A stretch of 64,000 nucleotides of DNA from Lama glama (taxonomy: Eukaryota). Below the pieces are notes generated by a model. That model searched no databases, was not told where the DNA came from, and worked only from the letters and a program-made list of their open reading frames with translations. A program made the position numbers and the translations under genes. This document shows positions 26,401 to 37,394 of this stretch, piece after piece; positions within the stretch are counted from its first letter, which is position 1; every line of letters begins with the position of its first letter. Location of the stretch: assembly GCA_028534125.1 (NCBI GenBank), contig CM052817.1:84384001-84448000 (forward strand), written 5' to 3'.

Positions 26401-29400
26401 TTTCTCATTTTACTTTCGAGTCTTTTTTTTCCCCTTAGATTATCTAACTAAAGGTTTGTCAATGTTCTTTACTTTTTCAAAAAACCAGCTCTTAGTTTTG
26501 TTGATTTTTTTCTTTTTCTTTTTTTTTCTGGTCTTTGTTTCAATTTTTCAGCTGTGATCTTTGTTGTTTCCTTTCATCTGCTAACTTTGGTCTTAGTTCT
26601 TTTTATAGTTCCCTGAGGAATAAAGTTAGGATATTTGAGATCTTTCTTTTTTCTTAATCTATGAATTTATCATTATAAAATTCCCTTTTACAACTGCTTT
26701 TGCCGCACCCAAAAGGTTTTCAAATGTTTCCATTTTCATTTATTTCGAGATATTTTTTGATTTCCTTTTTGATTTCTTCTTTGACTTATTGGTTGTTTGG
26801 GCGTGTGCTATTTAGTTTCCACATTTTATAATATTTCCAGTTTTCCTCTTGTTGATTTCTACTTTTCATAGCACTGTGATCAGAAAAAATAGTATGATTT
26901 CAATCTTCTTAAATTTGCTAAGACTTGTGGCCTATCATATGATGCATCCTGGAGAATTCCATGTGTACCTGAGAAGAATGTAAATTCTGCTGCCATTCTA
27001 TAAATGTCTGTTAGGTCCACTTGGTGTAAAGTATAGTTCAAGTTCATTGTTTCATTCTTTTTTTTGATCTGGATGATCTATCCACTGCTGAAAGTGGGGC
27101 ACTGAAGTACCCCATTGTTGTCTTTTTATCTCTTCAGATCTGTTAGTATTTTCTTAATATATTTAGGTATTCCAGTGTTGGGTACGTTATCCTCATAATT
27201 GTTACATCCTCTTGATGAGATAACTCCATCATATAATGACCTTCTTTTTCTCTTGTTACTGCTTTTGGCTTTAAGTCTTATTTTGTCTGATATAAGTATA
27301 GCTACCCCTGCTTTCTTTTGGTTTCCATTTTGAGCCTGTATGTCCATAGAGCTGAAATGAGTCTCTTGCAGGTGGTATATAGATGGCTCTTGTATTTAAT
27401 CCATTCAGCCACTCTGTACTTTGAAGAACTCAATTCATTTACATTTAGAGTAATTGTTGATAAGTAAGGATTTACTGATGTCTTCTAATACACTGTTTTC
27501 TGATTACTTTATGGTTCCCTGGCTCCTTTTTCCCTCTCCTGCTGCCTTCCTTTGTGATTGATGATTTTCCATTATGATGTGTTTTGATTCCTCTCTCTTT
27601 TTTGAAAATCTACTATCAGTTTTTCCTTTGTATTACCATGTCATAAAACATCTTATAGCTAGAACTATTTTATGCTGACATCAACTTTGCTTGCATACAA
27701 AAATCTCTACTTTTTACACTCCTGCCTTTTATATATATATGTATATACATATTTATATATATTTTTAACTGAAGTTCAGTTAGTTACAATGTGTCAATTT
27801 CTGGTGTATAGCACAATGTCCCATCTTTTATGTTTTTAATGTCACAATTTACCTCTTTTTATATTGTGTATTCATTAACAAGTTATGGTAGTTATAGTTA
27901 TTTTAATACTCTTGTCCTTAACCTTTGTACTATAGTTGTTAACACACTACCATATTACAGTATTGGAGTTTTCTGAATTTGATCACTTACCTTCATCAGC
28001 ATGTTGTATATTTTCCTATGTCTTCATTTTTTTTTTCTTATTTTCAGCTTGAAGAGCTTCTTTTAGCATTTCTTGTAAGGCAGGTCTACTGATCATGGAT
28101 TTCCTCAACTTTTGATTATCTGGGAAAATATTCATTTCTCCTTCCTTTCTGAAGGATAACTCTATTGGACAAAGTGTTCTTGGTTTGCTATTTTTTTCTT
28201 TCAGCACTTTGAATACATCGTCCTACTCTCTCCTGGCCTGTAAAGATCCTGCCGATAGCCTAATGTGGGTTTCTATGAAGTTACAATCTTTTTTTCTTTT
28301 GCTGCTTTTAGGATTCTGTCTTTGATTTTTGATAGTTTCATTATAATGTGAAGATCATTTTGGATTGCAATAATGGCATAATCCATATGCTTCATGAACT
28401 TGAATATCTAAATCTCTCCCCAGGTTTGGGAAATTCTCAGTCATTATTTCTTTAAATAAGCTTTCTGCCCCTTTTCCTTATGCAACTCCAAGGATTCAGA
28501 CATTGCTTCTTTTGAGGGTGTCCTATAGATCACATTGGTTTTCTTTACTCTTTGTCATTCTTTTTCTTCGTTCTCTTCTAACCGGGCTATCTGTCTTACA
28601 CTGGTATGTCTCCCCAAAGTTCCTGTCCCCTAACTTACTGATTCTTCTGTTTGATCTATTCTGTTGTTGATGCTCTCCACTGAATTTTACATTTCATTCA
28701 CTGAATTCTTTAGCTCCAGAAATTCTGATTGGTTCTTCTTTTTTTTTTTTTATGATTTCAATCTCTTTATTAAATTTCTCATTCTGTTTATGTATGTTTC
28801 CCTGATTTCACTGAATTATGTTTTCTTGTAGTTCACTGAATTTCCCTAAAACAGCTTTTGGAAATGTTTATTGGGTAAGTTGCAAATCTTCATATCTTTG
28901 GGTTTGGTTACCAGAAGAAAATTGTGATCTTTTGGTGATGTCATGTTTCCCTGATTTTTCATGTTCATTGGAGTTTTGTGTTGCTATTTTTGCATCTGAA
29001 GTAGCAGTCACCTCCTCCAACCTATAACTGTCTTCAGGGGAGAGATATCTTTGTTAGTCTTGCTACAGAGTCTGGGGCCTTCTCTGACCTTGCATGGATA
29101 CACCTACTTCTCGCTTCTTGCTCCCTCTTGTGGCAGAATTCATAAGCTGTATGTCTTCTTTCAATTCTACTCCAATGCATCCAAATTTGTTTTGTTTTGT
29201 TTTTCTCCAACAAAATGCTGTAATTTCTCCCATGAAAACCTGGACTTCCACAAAGGCTGTCTTGTCCATGAGTGTCTTCTCAAGTCAGTTATCTCCAAGT
29301 GCTCCTAGGCTGTGGCTGAAAGGGGTTGGAGCCAGTTGATAGGCTTCTGCCAGTTCCACAGCCCATACCAAGGTCTGTGTGCCTATTACCAGCACATGGC

Positions 29401-29931
29401 TGGGCAACACCTCCTGGATCTCTCTCTGTATGTATGGTACTAGATCCCACAACTCCGACAGAGTCACTTTTGTTTGTGGATGGATGACAAAGTTTTATCG
29501 TTGAAGGGAGAGGAACAAAAATGAAAGATGTCTTATGCTGCTATAATGCTGACATCACTCCTCCAAGAGGACTCTAATTGGAAAATAGTATGTGCATTTC
29601 TTGACTTGGGAGGTAGTTACACTGCTGTCTGCAATACATCTTTGTAAAAAATGTACATGTTTTATGCATTTGTATCATATTAAAAAATTTTAAAAAGAAT
29701 AAAGAGAGTCTGTCCATCAACCCTAATCTAAAAGAGGTAAGATAAATTTTTAAAAAGACAGTTAATGAAAAATAGTTTCAGACTCTCTCAGTACTTCAGT
29801 AATTCAAAATAGGAAAATATTAGCATGGACTGGAGAAATACAGGAAACTTGAGGAAAATAGTGGTAGCTTGAGATGGAACATCAATGTGGGCAAATATTT
29901 ACACATGAGCAAAAATATGCACATTTAGTCT

Positions 29932-30450
29932 TGTGGTTATAAAATATATCCACAAATTTTTTGAGATTCTTCTTTTAAAAATGTAGTCTAATTCTTCTCA
30001 TCTTGAATATGGCCTGGACACAGACTTGCCTAAAATGAACAGAATAAAGTGGAAGTGATAAATGATTTCAGAGACTAGGCCATAAAAGACATTATGATTT
30101 CCTCCTTGGCTCTCTCTTAGATTGTTCACTCTAGGGGAAGACAGCTTCCATGTCATTAGGATACTTTTGCTTCTCTGTGGAAAGACCTATGTGGCAGTAA
30201 ACTGAGGTGTGGCAACAACCCGTTAGGAACTTAGGCTTCCTTCCAATAGCCATGTGAGTGAGTCTGGAAGATGGGCATCCAGTTCCCATCAAATCTCCAT
30301 ATGATATCTTCATTGTAATTTCATGAGAGACCTTGAACCAGAATCACCCAGATGAGCTACTCCCAAATTCCCTGAATCATAAATTATGAAATAATAAATG
30401 TTGTTTTTAAGCAACTAAAATTTAGGGTAACTTGTCACACAGCATTATAG
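29932..30450 (+). mobile_element. ERVL-MaLR LTR (MLT1-type)
   Basis: 'tgtggttataaaatatatccacaaat...gagactaggccataaaag...ataataaatgttgtttttaagc...ttgtcacacagca'. Confidence 0.8.
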
Positions 30451-30920
30451 AGTCATGGCAATGGGAATGGAAAGAGAGGAGGCATTTCAAAAGGAGAATC
30501 AACAGTACTTGGATACTGAAAGAAGATGAAGACAAAGAATGAGTCACAGATGGCTGAAAGGTTTTATATCTAGGAGATTAGGGAAATAGTGGCACCAATA
30601 ACAGAGAAAAGACCATTAGAGGTAGACATCTTCCGTAATATTGTAAATTGGGTTTTGAAATGTAGAAATTGAGATAATAACAAGACAAACAGTAAATATC
30701 CTATAGACAGTTACAAAGTTAGGACAAACATTAAGAAAGATGTAGGGCTGAAAGGGGTGCAGTGGAGAATTCAACAAAGAGGTGATAACAGTATAAGAAT
30801 AGGTATCTTTTCAAAGACCAAGAATTTGAGATCAGAAGGTCTAAGTTATTTGAAGTTTATGTGTGAATACCTAAAGAAAAAAGTAAAAGAAAATTTATTG
30901 AAATGGTCAGATAAAATAAG
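30450..30920 (-). mobile_element. L2 fragment
   Basis: 'ggagaatcaacagtacttggata...gagtcacagatggctg...gggaaatagtggcacca'. Confidence 0.6.
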
Positions 30921-32959
30921 GTTGATAAAAAAACAGAGAAGGAAAAAAAACTATTTCCACTTCAAATACTGGCACAGGCATCTAAAACTATTTAATAAGA
31001 GGAGAAAGAGAAAGGGAGGGAGGACGGGAACTAATCAGGTTTTTCATTTGGAGGAGGGTAGAAATCATAACTTTTTCCCAAATGGGTCATATTAAAAGCT
31101 TTAGGAGAGAGATTAGTAGTTCTGTAATGAAACTGATAGTGTAAGTCCCAAACAGAGAAGATCAAATTAAAATAGTATCTGTGGGACTAGTAATTCCGTA
31201 ATGTAATTAAACAAGAATTCCCTTTTGTGATATTTCTTTCTTAGATTTCAGCATTCAATTATGTTTTAGTGTCAAGATTTGTTTGCATCTTAAAAGAATC
31301 AACAAATGTAAATATATTTCATTATATAAACATTTGCTATTACAGATTTTAAAAACAAGGAATTATTAAAGATATCATTTACTATTAATTTTTGATTACC
31401 AGTATCTTTATATTCCAGTAAGTATGTTCCTCCAAAATTGTCATTCACTGCTGAGCTTTGGATCTTCTGCACTGTATTTCACACCTTCGATTCTCAAGCC
31501 AGATCAATATTTCTTCTTAAAATCTATTATACTTTTCAATATTTGAAAACTGGGTTTGAGTAATCTAAGAAGCCTTTTGTTATCTTGATTCAGCTCATTA
31601 GGAGTTTTGCCAAAAGATGAATGAGTTTACCAATCTAGTAGCATCTTATTAATATTATTAGTAGGTACTAAAGGCAGTGAGTGATTATATCAAATAACCA
31701 CAGCTACCAGGGTTTCATTATTTGAGATTTACTCACATATTTTCACTAATAAAGTATTTTATCTATTTTTTCTTTTTTTTTTTTTTTACAAGTACAGGCC
31801 ATCTTGTTTAATGTCACTGGTGTGTTCTCGTATCCTCCTCTAAGTTGATTCAAATCTACTCTTCTTTCTCACTTTGCTCTCTAGTTTGATCTTTTGTGTG
31901 TGTTACATGTAAGAACACTAATATTCTGTGCCCAGTGCCAGATCTCTGCCTCAGTTTATGTTCTAGAGGAGAAATAATTCATGAGAATCTTTGGTTTGTC
32001 TATGATTGAAAACAGACTACAAAAATTTTCCCTTGTTAAATACTTTAGAGGTTATTTTAAAAGCATGAATCATCTTAGAGCATTTAAAATAATTATAGTC
32101 GTTATGAATTTAACATAGGGTATTTGCTGCAAAAATTAAGGTGCTTATCAAGGTCAAATATATTCAACCTTACATATTAAAATATACATATGCAGAATCT
32201 AAGCTCCGTGTAACTTAAAATCTAGGGTATCTATAATTTTTGAAGACATTCTTTGATTTCTCTGAAATAATAACATCCTCCAAAAATATGGATAATCTCA
32301 CAACTCATAGGCGCCTATATAGTAATGAGACAACTCATGAGAATCATCTGAAACTCCTTGATAATAAAATACATGTATAATTGAGGTAAAATTACTTTCA
32401 AAAAATCAAGTATGTATTCCTGAAGTCATAAGTTGCAAGGGGTCTTAACAACCTTTCTAGTCCAGACTAATGGGGTTGTGTTAAAACTATTTGACAGACT
32501 CAAGGCAATTAAATTCAACATTCTATGTGTTTTCTTTTGCCAAATCATTTTGCTTGATACTTCAGGGAATATAAACTAAAATAAAACACATTTACTATCA
32601 ATAATCTACTGGGAGTGATTAGCTGTTTTGCACAAGTTATATATACAAGATAGCAAAACCCAAGACATCAAAGGAAGATACTTCAGGGGTTTAGAGTAGG
32701 ACAGAGATTACAATGGTAATAAATATTTCTCAGTAAAACATATTAATAGGCACAATAAAGGAAATACATGTTTCTGTGTAACTGTATATATGTGTGTATG
32801 TATGTGTGTGTCCACATAAATATACCTGTATGACAAATACCTTCCTATCGATCAGTTCATCAGGTTTTTGTCATCAAGTGTAGGCAGCAAACTTAGGAAA
32901 AGACTGTTATCAGAGCTTTTTGAATTTGGAATTGCAGATAATGAACTGTGGACTTGCAT

Positions 32960-33790
32960 AACTTTTTTAAAGTCCAGAGTTTCCTCATGTATGATACAGG
33001 AAGTGTGATGGTTAATTTTTTGGCTGGGATTACACTAAATCTATAGATTGTTGGTGTGGGGGTTGTTAATAATTTATAATATTGAGTATTCTGATCAATT
33101 AACATGATTTCTACTTACTTAGGCCTTCTTTACATCTTAATATATCTTAGTATCATACTTTTCATGTGTAAGTCTTACACACTGTTAGATTTATTCTTGG
33201 GTATTTGATATTTCTGGATGCACTGTAAACTTTACTATTTTTAAGGTTTTATTTTGAAATGCTTGTTGCTGGTATGTAAAATATAACTGAATTCTGTATG
33301 TTCACCTAATAATCTGTCTATGAATTATTTTTGACTTTCTGCATATACAATCATGATATCTGTGAAGAATGACTGTCTTCTTCCTTCCTTTTTAGTTTGT
33401 ATACATTTTATTTCTTTTTCTTGCCGTAGTATACTGATTAGGACTTCTGGTACAAAACTAATATAAGTGGTAATAGTAGTCTTCTCTGTTATCTTCTCAA
33501 TCTCCAAAGCAAAGTTAACTTATTTTTTTTTTGCAGTAGGAATAATGTTTACTTTAGAATAGATACCTTTATAAAATTAAGGAAGTTCTATTTCTAGTTT
33601 GCTAAGAGATATATTTAAAAATCATAAATGGACAGATATTAAATTTTCTTAAATACTTTTTCCATATCTATTGAGGAGACCCTATGATCTCTCTTTTAGT
33701 AACTTAATGTGGTAAATTATATAAATATATTTTCTAATGTTTTAATAATTTTGCATTCTGGGATATAGTCAAACTGGTAATAATTTTTTT
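32960..33790 (-). mobile_element. Old L1M ORF2 fragment
   Basis: Reverse peptides 'IYRFSVIP' and 'EVLISILRQEKEIKCIQ...FTDIMIVYAE' resemble decayed L1 RT. Confidence 0.75.
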
Positions 33791-34054
33791 TCTGTTCTTT
33801 AATGCTCTTAGTAGATGCTTTTTGTAATTCATCTAATTTTTTTAGTTATGATACAGATTTCCTAGCTCACCATTAACTGGAAGCAACAATTTTCCTTTTC
33901 TTCTAAATTAATTCCAAATACATTTTCATTCTAGCATTCTACCAAAACTCCTCCTACCATAGTTAATACCACCACAGAGTGTCACACTGAAAGGTTCATT
34001 CTCAGCCCTCCCTTTTTCAACCAATAAGTAGCATTTTGTAAAACATAATGGTTA

Positions 34055-35649
34055 TGGGGGTATTGCCAAGATGGTGGGGTAGAAAGACCCTGAACTCAAC
34101 TCCTGAGTACACCACAATCACAACTATCTGAAGAACAACCATTGGTGAAAAAGACAGGAAAGGAAATAATCACCCAAGTCCAGGAAGTGCAGAGAGTCAC
34201 ATACAGTGTTAACCCAAAGAGGAACACACCAAGACAATTAATTACAATGACAAAAATGAAATATAAAGAGAGACTATTAAAAGCAGCAAGGAAAAAGGAA
34301 TAAATAACATACAAGTCAACTCCTAAAAAGCTATCAGACGATTTTTCAGCAGAAACTCTGCCGGCCAGGAGTGCCATGATATATTTAAAGTGATTAAAAG
34401 GGGAAAACCTACAACCAAGAATGCTTTACCCAGCAAAGCTCTCCTTCATACTTGATGGAGAAATCAAAAGATTTACAGACAAGTAAAAACTAAAAAAGTT
34501 CAGCACAACCAAAAGTTTAGCTTTACAACAAATGTTAAAGGAATTATTCTAGGTGAAAAAGAAAAGGTCACAACAAGAAATATGAAAATTACAAAATGAA
34601 AAAGCTCACCAGTAAAGGCAAACAGTAAAGGTAGGGAATTATCCACACACAAAGCTATTAGGGAAGTTAAAAGGACAGAGAGCCCAGAAATAAGCTCAAC
34701 ACACTTTATGGTCAATTAATCTATGACAAAGGAGGTAAGAATATACAATGGAGAAAAGACAGTTTCTTCAGTGAGTGGTGCTGGGAAAACTGGAAAGCTA
34801 CATGTAAAAGAATGAAACTAGAACATTTTCTAGTACTATATACAAGAATAAACTCAAAATGGATTAAAGACTTAAAAAGAAGACTGGATAAAACTCCTAA
34901 AGCAAAACATAGGCAGAACATTTTTCAACATAAATTGAAGCAATAGTTTTTTGGATCCATCTCCTAAAGCAAAGGAAATAAAAGCAAAAATAAACAAAGG
35001 AGGCCTAATTAAACTTAAAAGATTTTGCACAGCAAAGGAAATCATTGATAAAATGATAAAACAACCTACTGAATGGAAGAAAACATTTGCAAATGGTATG
35101 ACTGATAAGGGATTAATATCCAACATATGTAAACAGCTTATACAATTTATCAAAAAATCCCCCAAACAACCAGATTAAGAAATGGGCAGCATATTTGAAT
35201 ACACATTTTTTTCCAAAGAGGGAATGTAGATGGACAACAGGCACATGAAAAGATGCTGAACACTGCTAATCATCATGGAAATGTAAATTGGTAAAACTAC
35301 AACAAGATATCACATCACACCTGTCAGAATGCCTATCATCAAAAAGAACACAAATAACAAATGTTGTTGAGGATGTGGAGAAAAGGCAACCCTCGTACAC
35401 CACTGATTGGAATGTAAATTGGTATAACCACTGTGGAGAACAGTATGGAGGGTTCTCAAAAAACTAAACATAGAACTACCGTATAACCTAGCAATTCTAC
35501 TCCTGGGTGTGTATCTGAAAGAAACAGAAACAATAATTCGAAAAGATACCTGCATCCCAACGTCCACAGAAGAACTATTTGTAATTGCCAAGATATGGAA
35601 ACAACCTAAGTGTTGATCAACAGATGAATGGATAAAGAGGACCTCATGT

Positions 35650-35687
<38 letters not shown>

Positions 35688-36099
35688 ACACACTGGAATA
35701 CCACTCAAACATAAAAAATGAAATTTTGCTATTTGCCATGAATGGACTTGGAGAGCACTATACTATATGTGGAATCTAAAAAACACAACAAACTGGTAAA
35801 TATAACAAAACCCAGCAGGCTCACAGATACAGAGAACAACCTAATGGTTACCAGTGGGGAGAGGAAAGCGGGGAGGGGTGATATAGGGATAGGGTAGCAA
35901 CAAGTACAAACTATTTGGTATAAAATAAGCCACAAGGATATACTGTATAGCATGGGGAATACAACCAATATTTTATAATAACTATAAATGGAGTATAACC
36001 TTTAAAAATTATGAATCACTATACTGTACACCTGTAACTTATATAATATTGTACAGCAACTATACTTCAAAAAAAAAAAGCTGCAAAAAACTGTTACCA
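34055..36099 (+). mobile_element. Internally deleted L1 with both termini and a 15-bp perfect TSD
   Basis: TSD aaaacataatggtta at 34040-34054 and 36100-36114; order is L1 5' end, ORF1 C-terminal part, ORF2 C-terminal part, 3'UTR, A-tail. Confidence 0.88.
35647..35692. repeat. (TG)n microsatellite followed by short (AC)n
   Basis: Seen directly in the sequence. Confidence 0.9.
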
Positions 36100-36262
36100 A
36101 AAACATAATGGTTAAGAGCATATTGTCTTTATCCAAAGTGCCTGAATTTAAAACCAGGATCCATCACTTTATTAGCTATGTGACCTTGAACAAGTTTCTT
36201 AACCTCCCTTGGCCCTCAGTTTCTCTGTCAGTAAAATGTAAATATCACCTACTATTATTATT
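36100..36262 (+). mobile_element. MIR SINE (target of the L1 insertion)
   Basis: 'ggttaagagca...attagctatgtgaccttgaacaagtttcttaacctcc...cctcagtttctc..gtaaaatg'. Confidence 0.8.
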
Positions 36263-36289
36263 GCTCATTCTCTCTTTTTTAAATTAGCA

Positions 36290-36815
36290 TTCTTTCCTGA
36301 TTATTTCTCTCAATATTCTTTCTTTTAGTCTCAGTGGAATTTTCATCTCCCCAAACTTTAACTTTTGGAACTTAGTCCTCAGACAGCTTAATTATCTATC
36401 TAGAGTTCCCTTCTATACATTCTTATTCCAATACTTTAAAAATCATGTGTATGTTAAAGACTCCCATATAGCTCCTCTTGCAGTCTCCTTCCTGAACTCC
36501 AAACTTGCATACCTAATTAATGAGTCAATATCCTGACTTAAATGTCTTTCAGGTAGCTCATACTGAACATGATCCAGAGTATACTTTTATAAAAAAATAT
36601 AATTTCCAACTCTTCAAACCTTAATCCAAGTTACCATCACTTTATAACTGGATTATTGCAGTATTGGCCTACCTTCTCTCTTCTGCCCTTGACCCTCTCT
36701 AGTCTATTTTTTCTATAGCAGCTAAACTGATCTGTTGAACACTGAAGCCTGACCATATCACTTTGCTACAAGTCTTTCATGGCTTCCCATTTCATTCATC
36801 ATAAATACTCAAGTT
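36290..36815 (+). mobile_element. L2 fragment
   Basis: 'cctgaactccaaacttgcatacc', 'ctggattattgcag', 'catggcttccca'. Confidence 0.65.
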
Positions 36816-36821
36816 CTTTCT

Positions 36822-36910
36822 GGGCAAGGGTCAGCAATTTTTTTCTTAAAGGACCAGAGAACAAATATTTTAGGCTTTGTAGGTCAAATGGATTCTGTTA
36901 TAACTATAGA
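36822..36910 (+). mobile_element. MER58-like hAT MITE fragment
   Basis: 'ggggtcagcaa..ttttcttaaaggaccaga...aaatattttaggctttgtagg'. Confidence 0.7.
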
Positions 36911-37197
36911 CAACCATTGTGCTATACCTATATGCAAAAGGTGTTGAGATTCAAAACTGCCATATCCAACAAAAATCCTTAAATTCTGTGTAATATTAAT
37001 AAACTTTATAAAACATATTAGTTTGGTTTATAATGCTTAGTATTTTTCATAGTAGTTCAATAAATATTTGCTGAATAAAAAATAAAAGTACAAGGTCCAC
37101 ACAAACATTTTCACAAAATATTATGGCAAGGACATTAAACTAAATTATTCAATAATTTCTTCTATAAAATGTATCAAACAATTAATAGTGGACTTAC

Positions 37198-37394
37198 TTT
37201 AGATTGCTGATCCTAATTTCTGCACTTTCAGTGAGTTTTTTCGTTTCTTCTTTCCACCTGTTGGCCGCCTTCTGTTGAGTCACTAAGAGATGCCTCAGTT
37301 CAACAGTGGAATTTCGATTACTATCTTCTAACTCTCTCAGTTGAACTTCAAACCCATGTTCCTTTATTGAAAATTCATGTTCCATTGTACTGAT
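37198..37394 (-). CDS. SCLT1: SCLT1 coding exon, 197 nt (probable exon 18)
   Basis: Acceptor ttttattccttag|ATC, donor AA|gtaagt; encodes [65 protein letters not shown] plus 2 nt. Confidence 0.95.

Larger units (their letters stand above)
16750..29700. mobile_element. ~13-kb nested L1 cluster of several ages and both orientations
   Basis: Plus-strand old L1 ORF1/ORF2 remnants (~17000-17880, 20520-23640); minus-strand L1M 3' end (17890-18770) and ORF1/5'UTR (19290-20510); plus-strand L1MB-like 3' end (24180-24546); minus-strand 5' halves (24590-25900, 25905-29564). ORF-track peptides 'KKAGVAILISDK' (endonuclease) and 'RPALQEMLKEAL' (ORF1p end) support this. Confidence 0.88.
1..37197 (-). other. 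SCLT1: Long SCLT1 intron (>37 kb) downstream of the 197-nt exon
   Basis: I did not find the expected next exon (…SELSRQKLHTQELL…, recalled from the human protein) in 1-37197; the region is repeat-dominated. Confidence 0.75.

Noticed and set aside
37194..37197. Apparent stop codon ending the ORF-track peptide ...ISNLK* as the SCLT1 C-terminus
   Set aside because: The TAA is part of the consensus donor AA|GTAAGT; the known protein continues in downstream exons outside the window.
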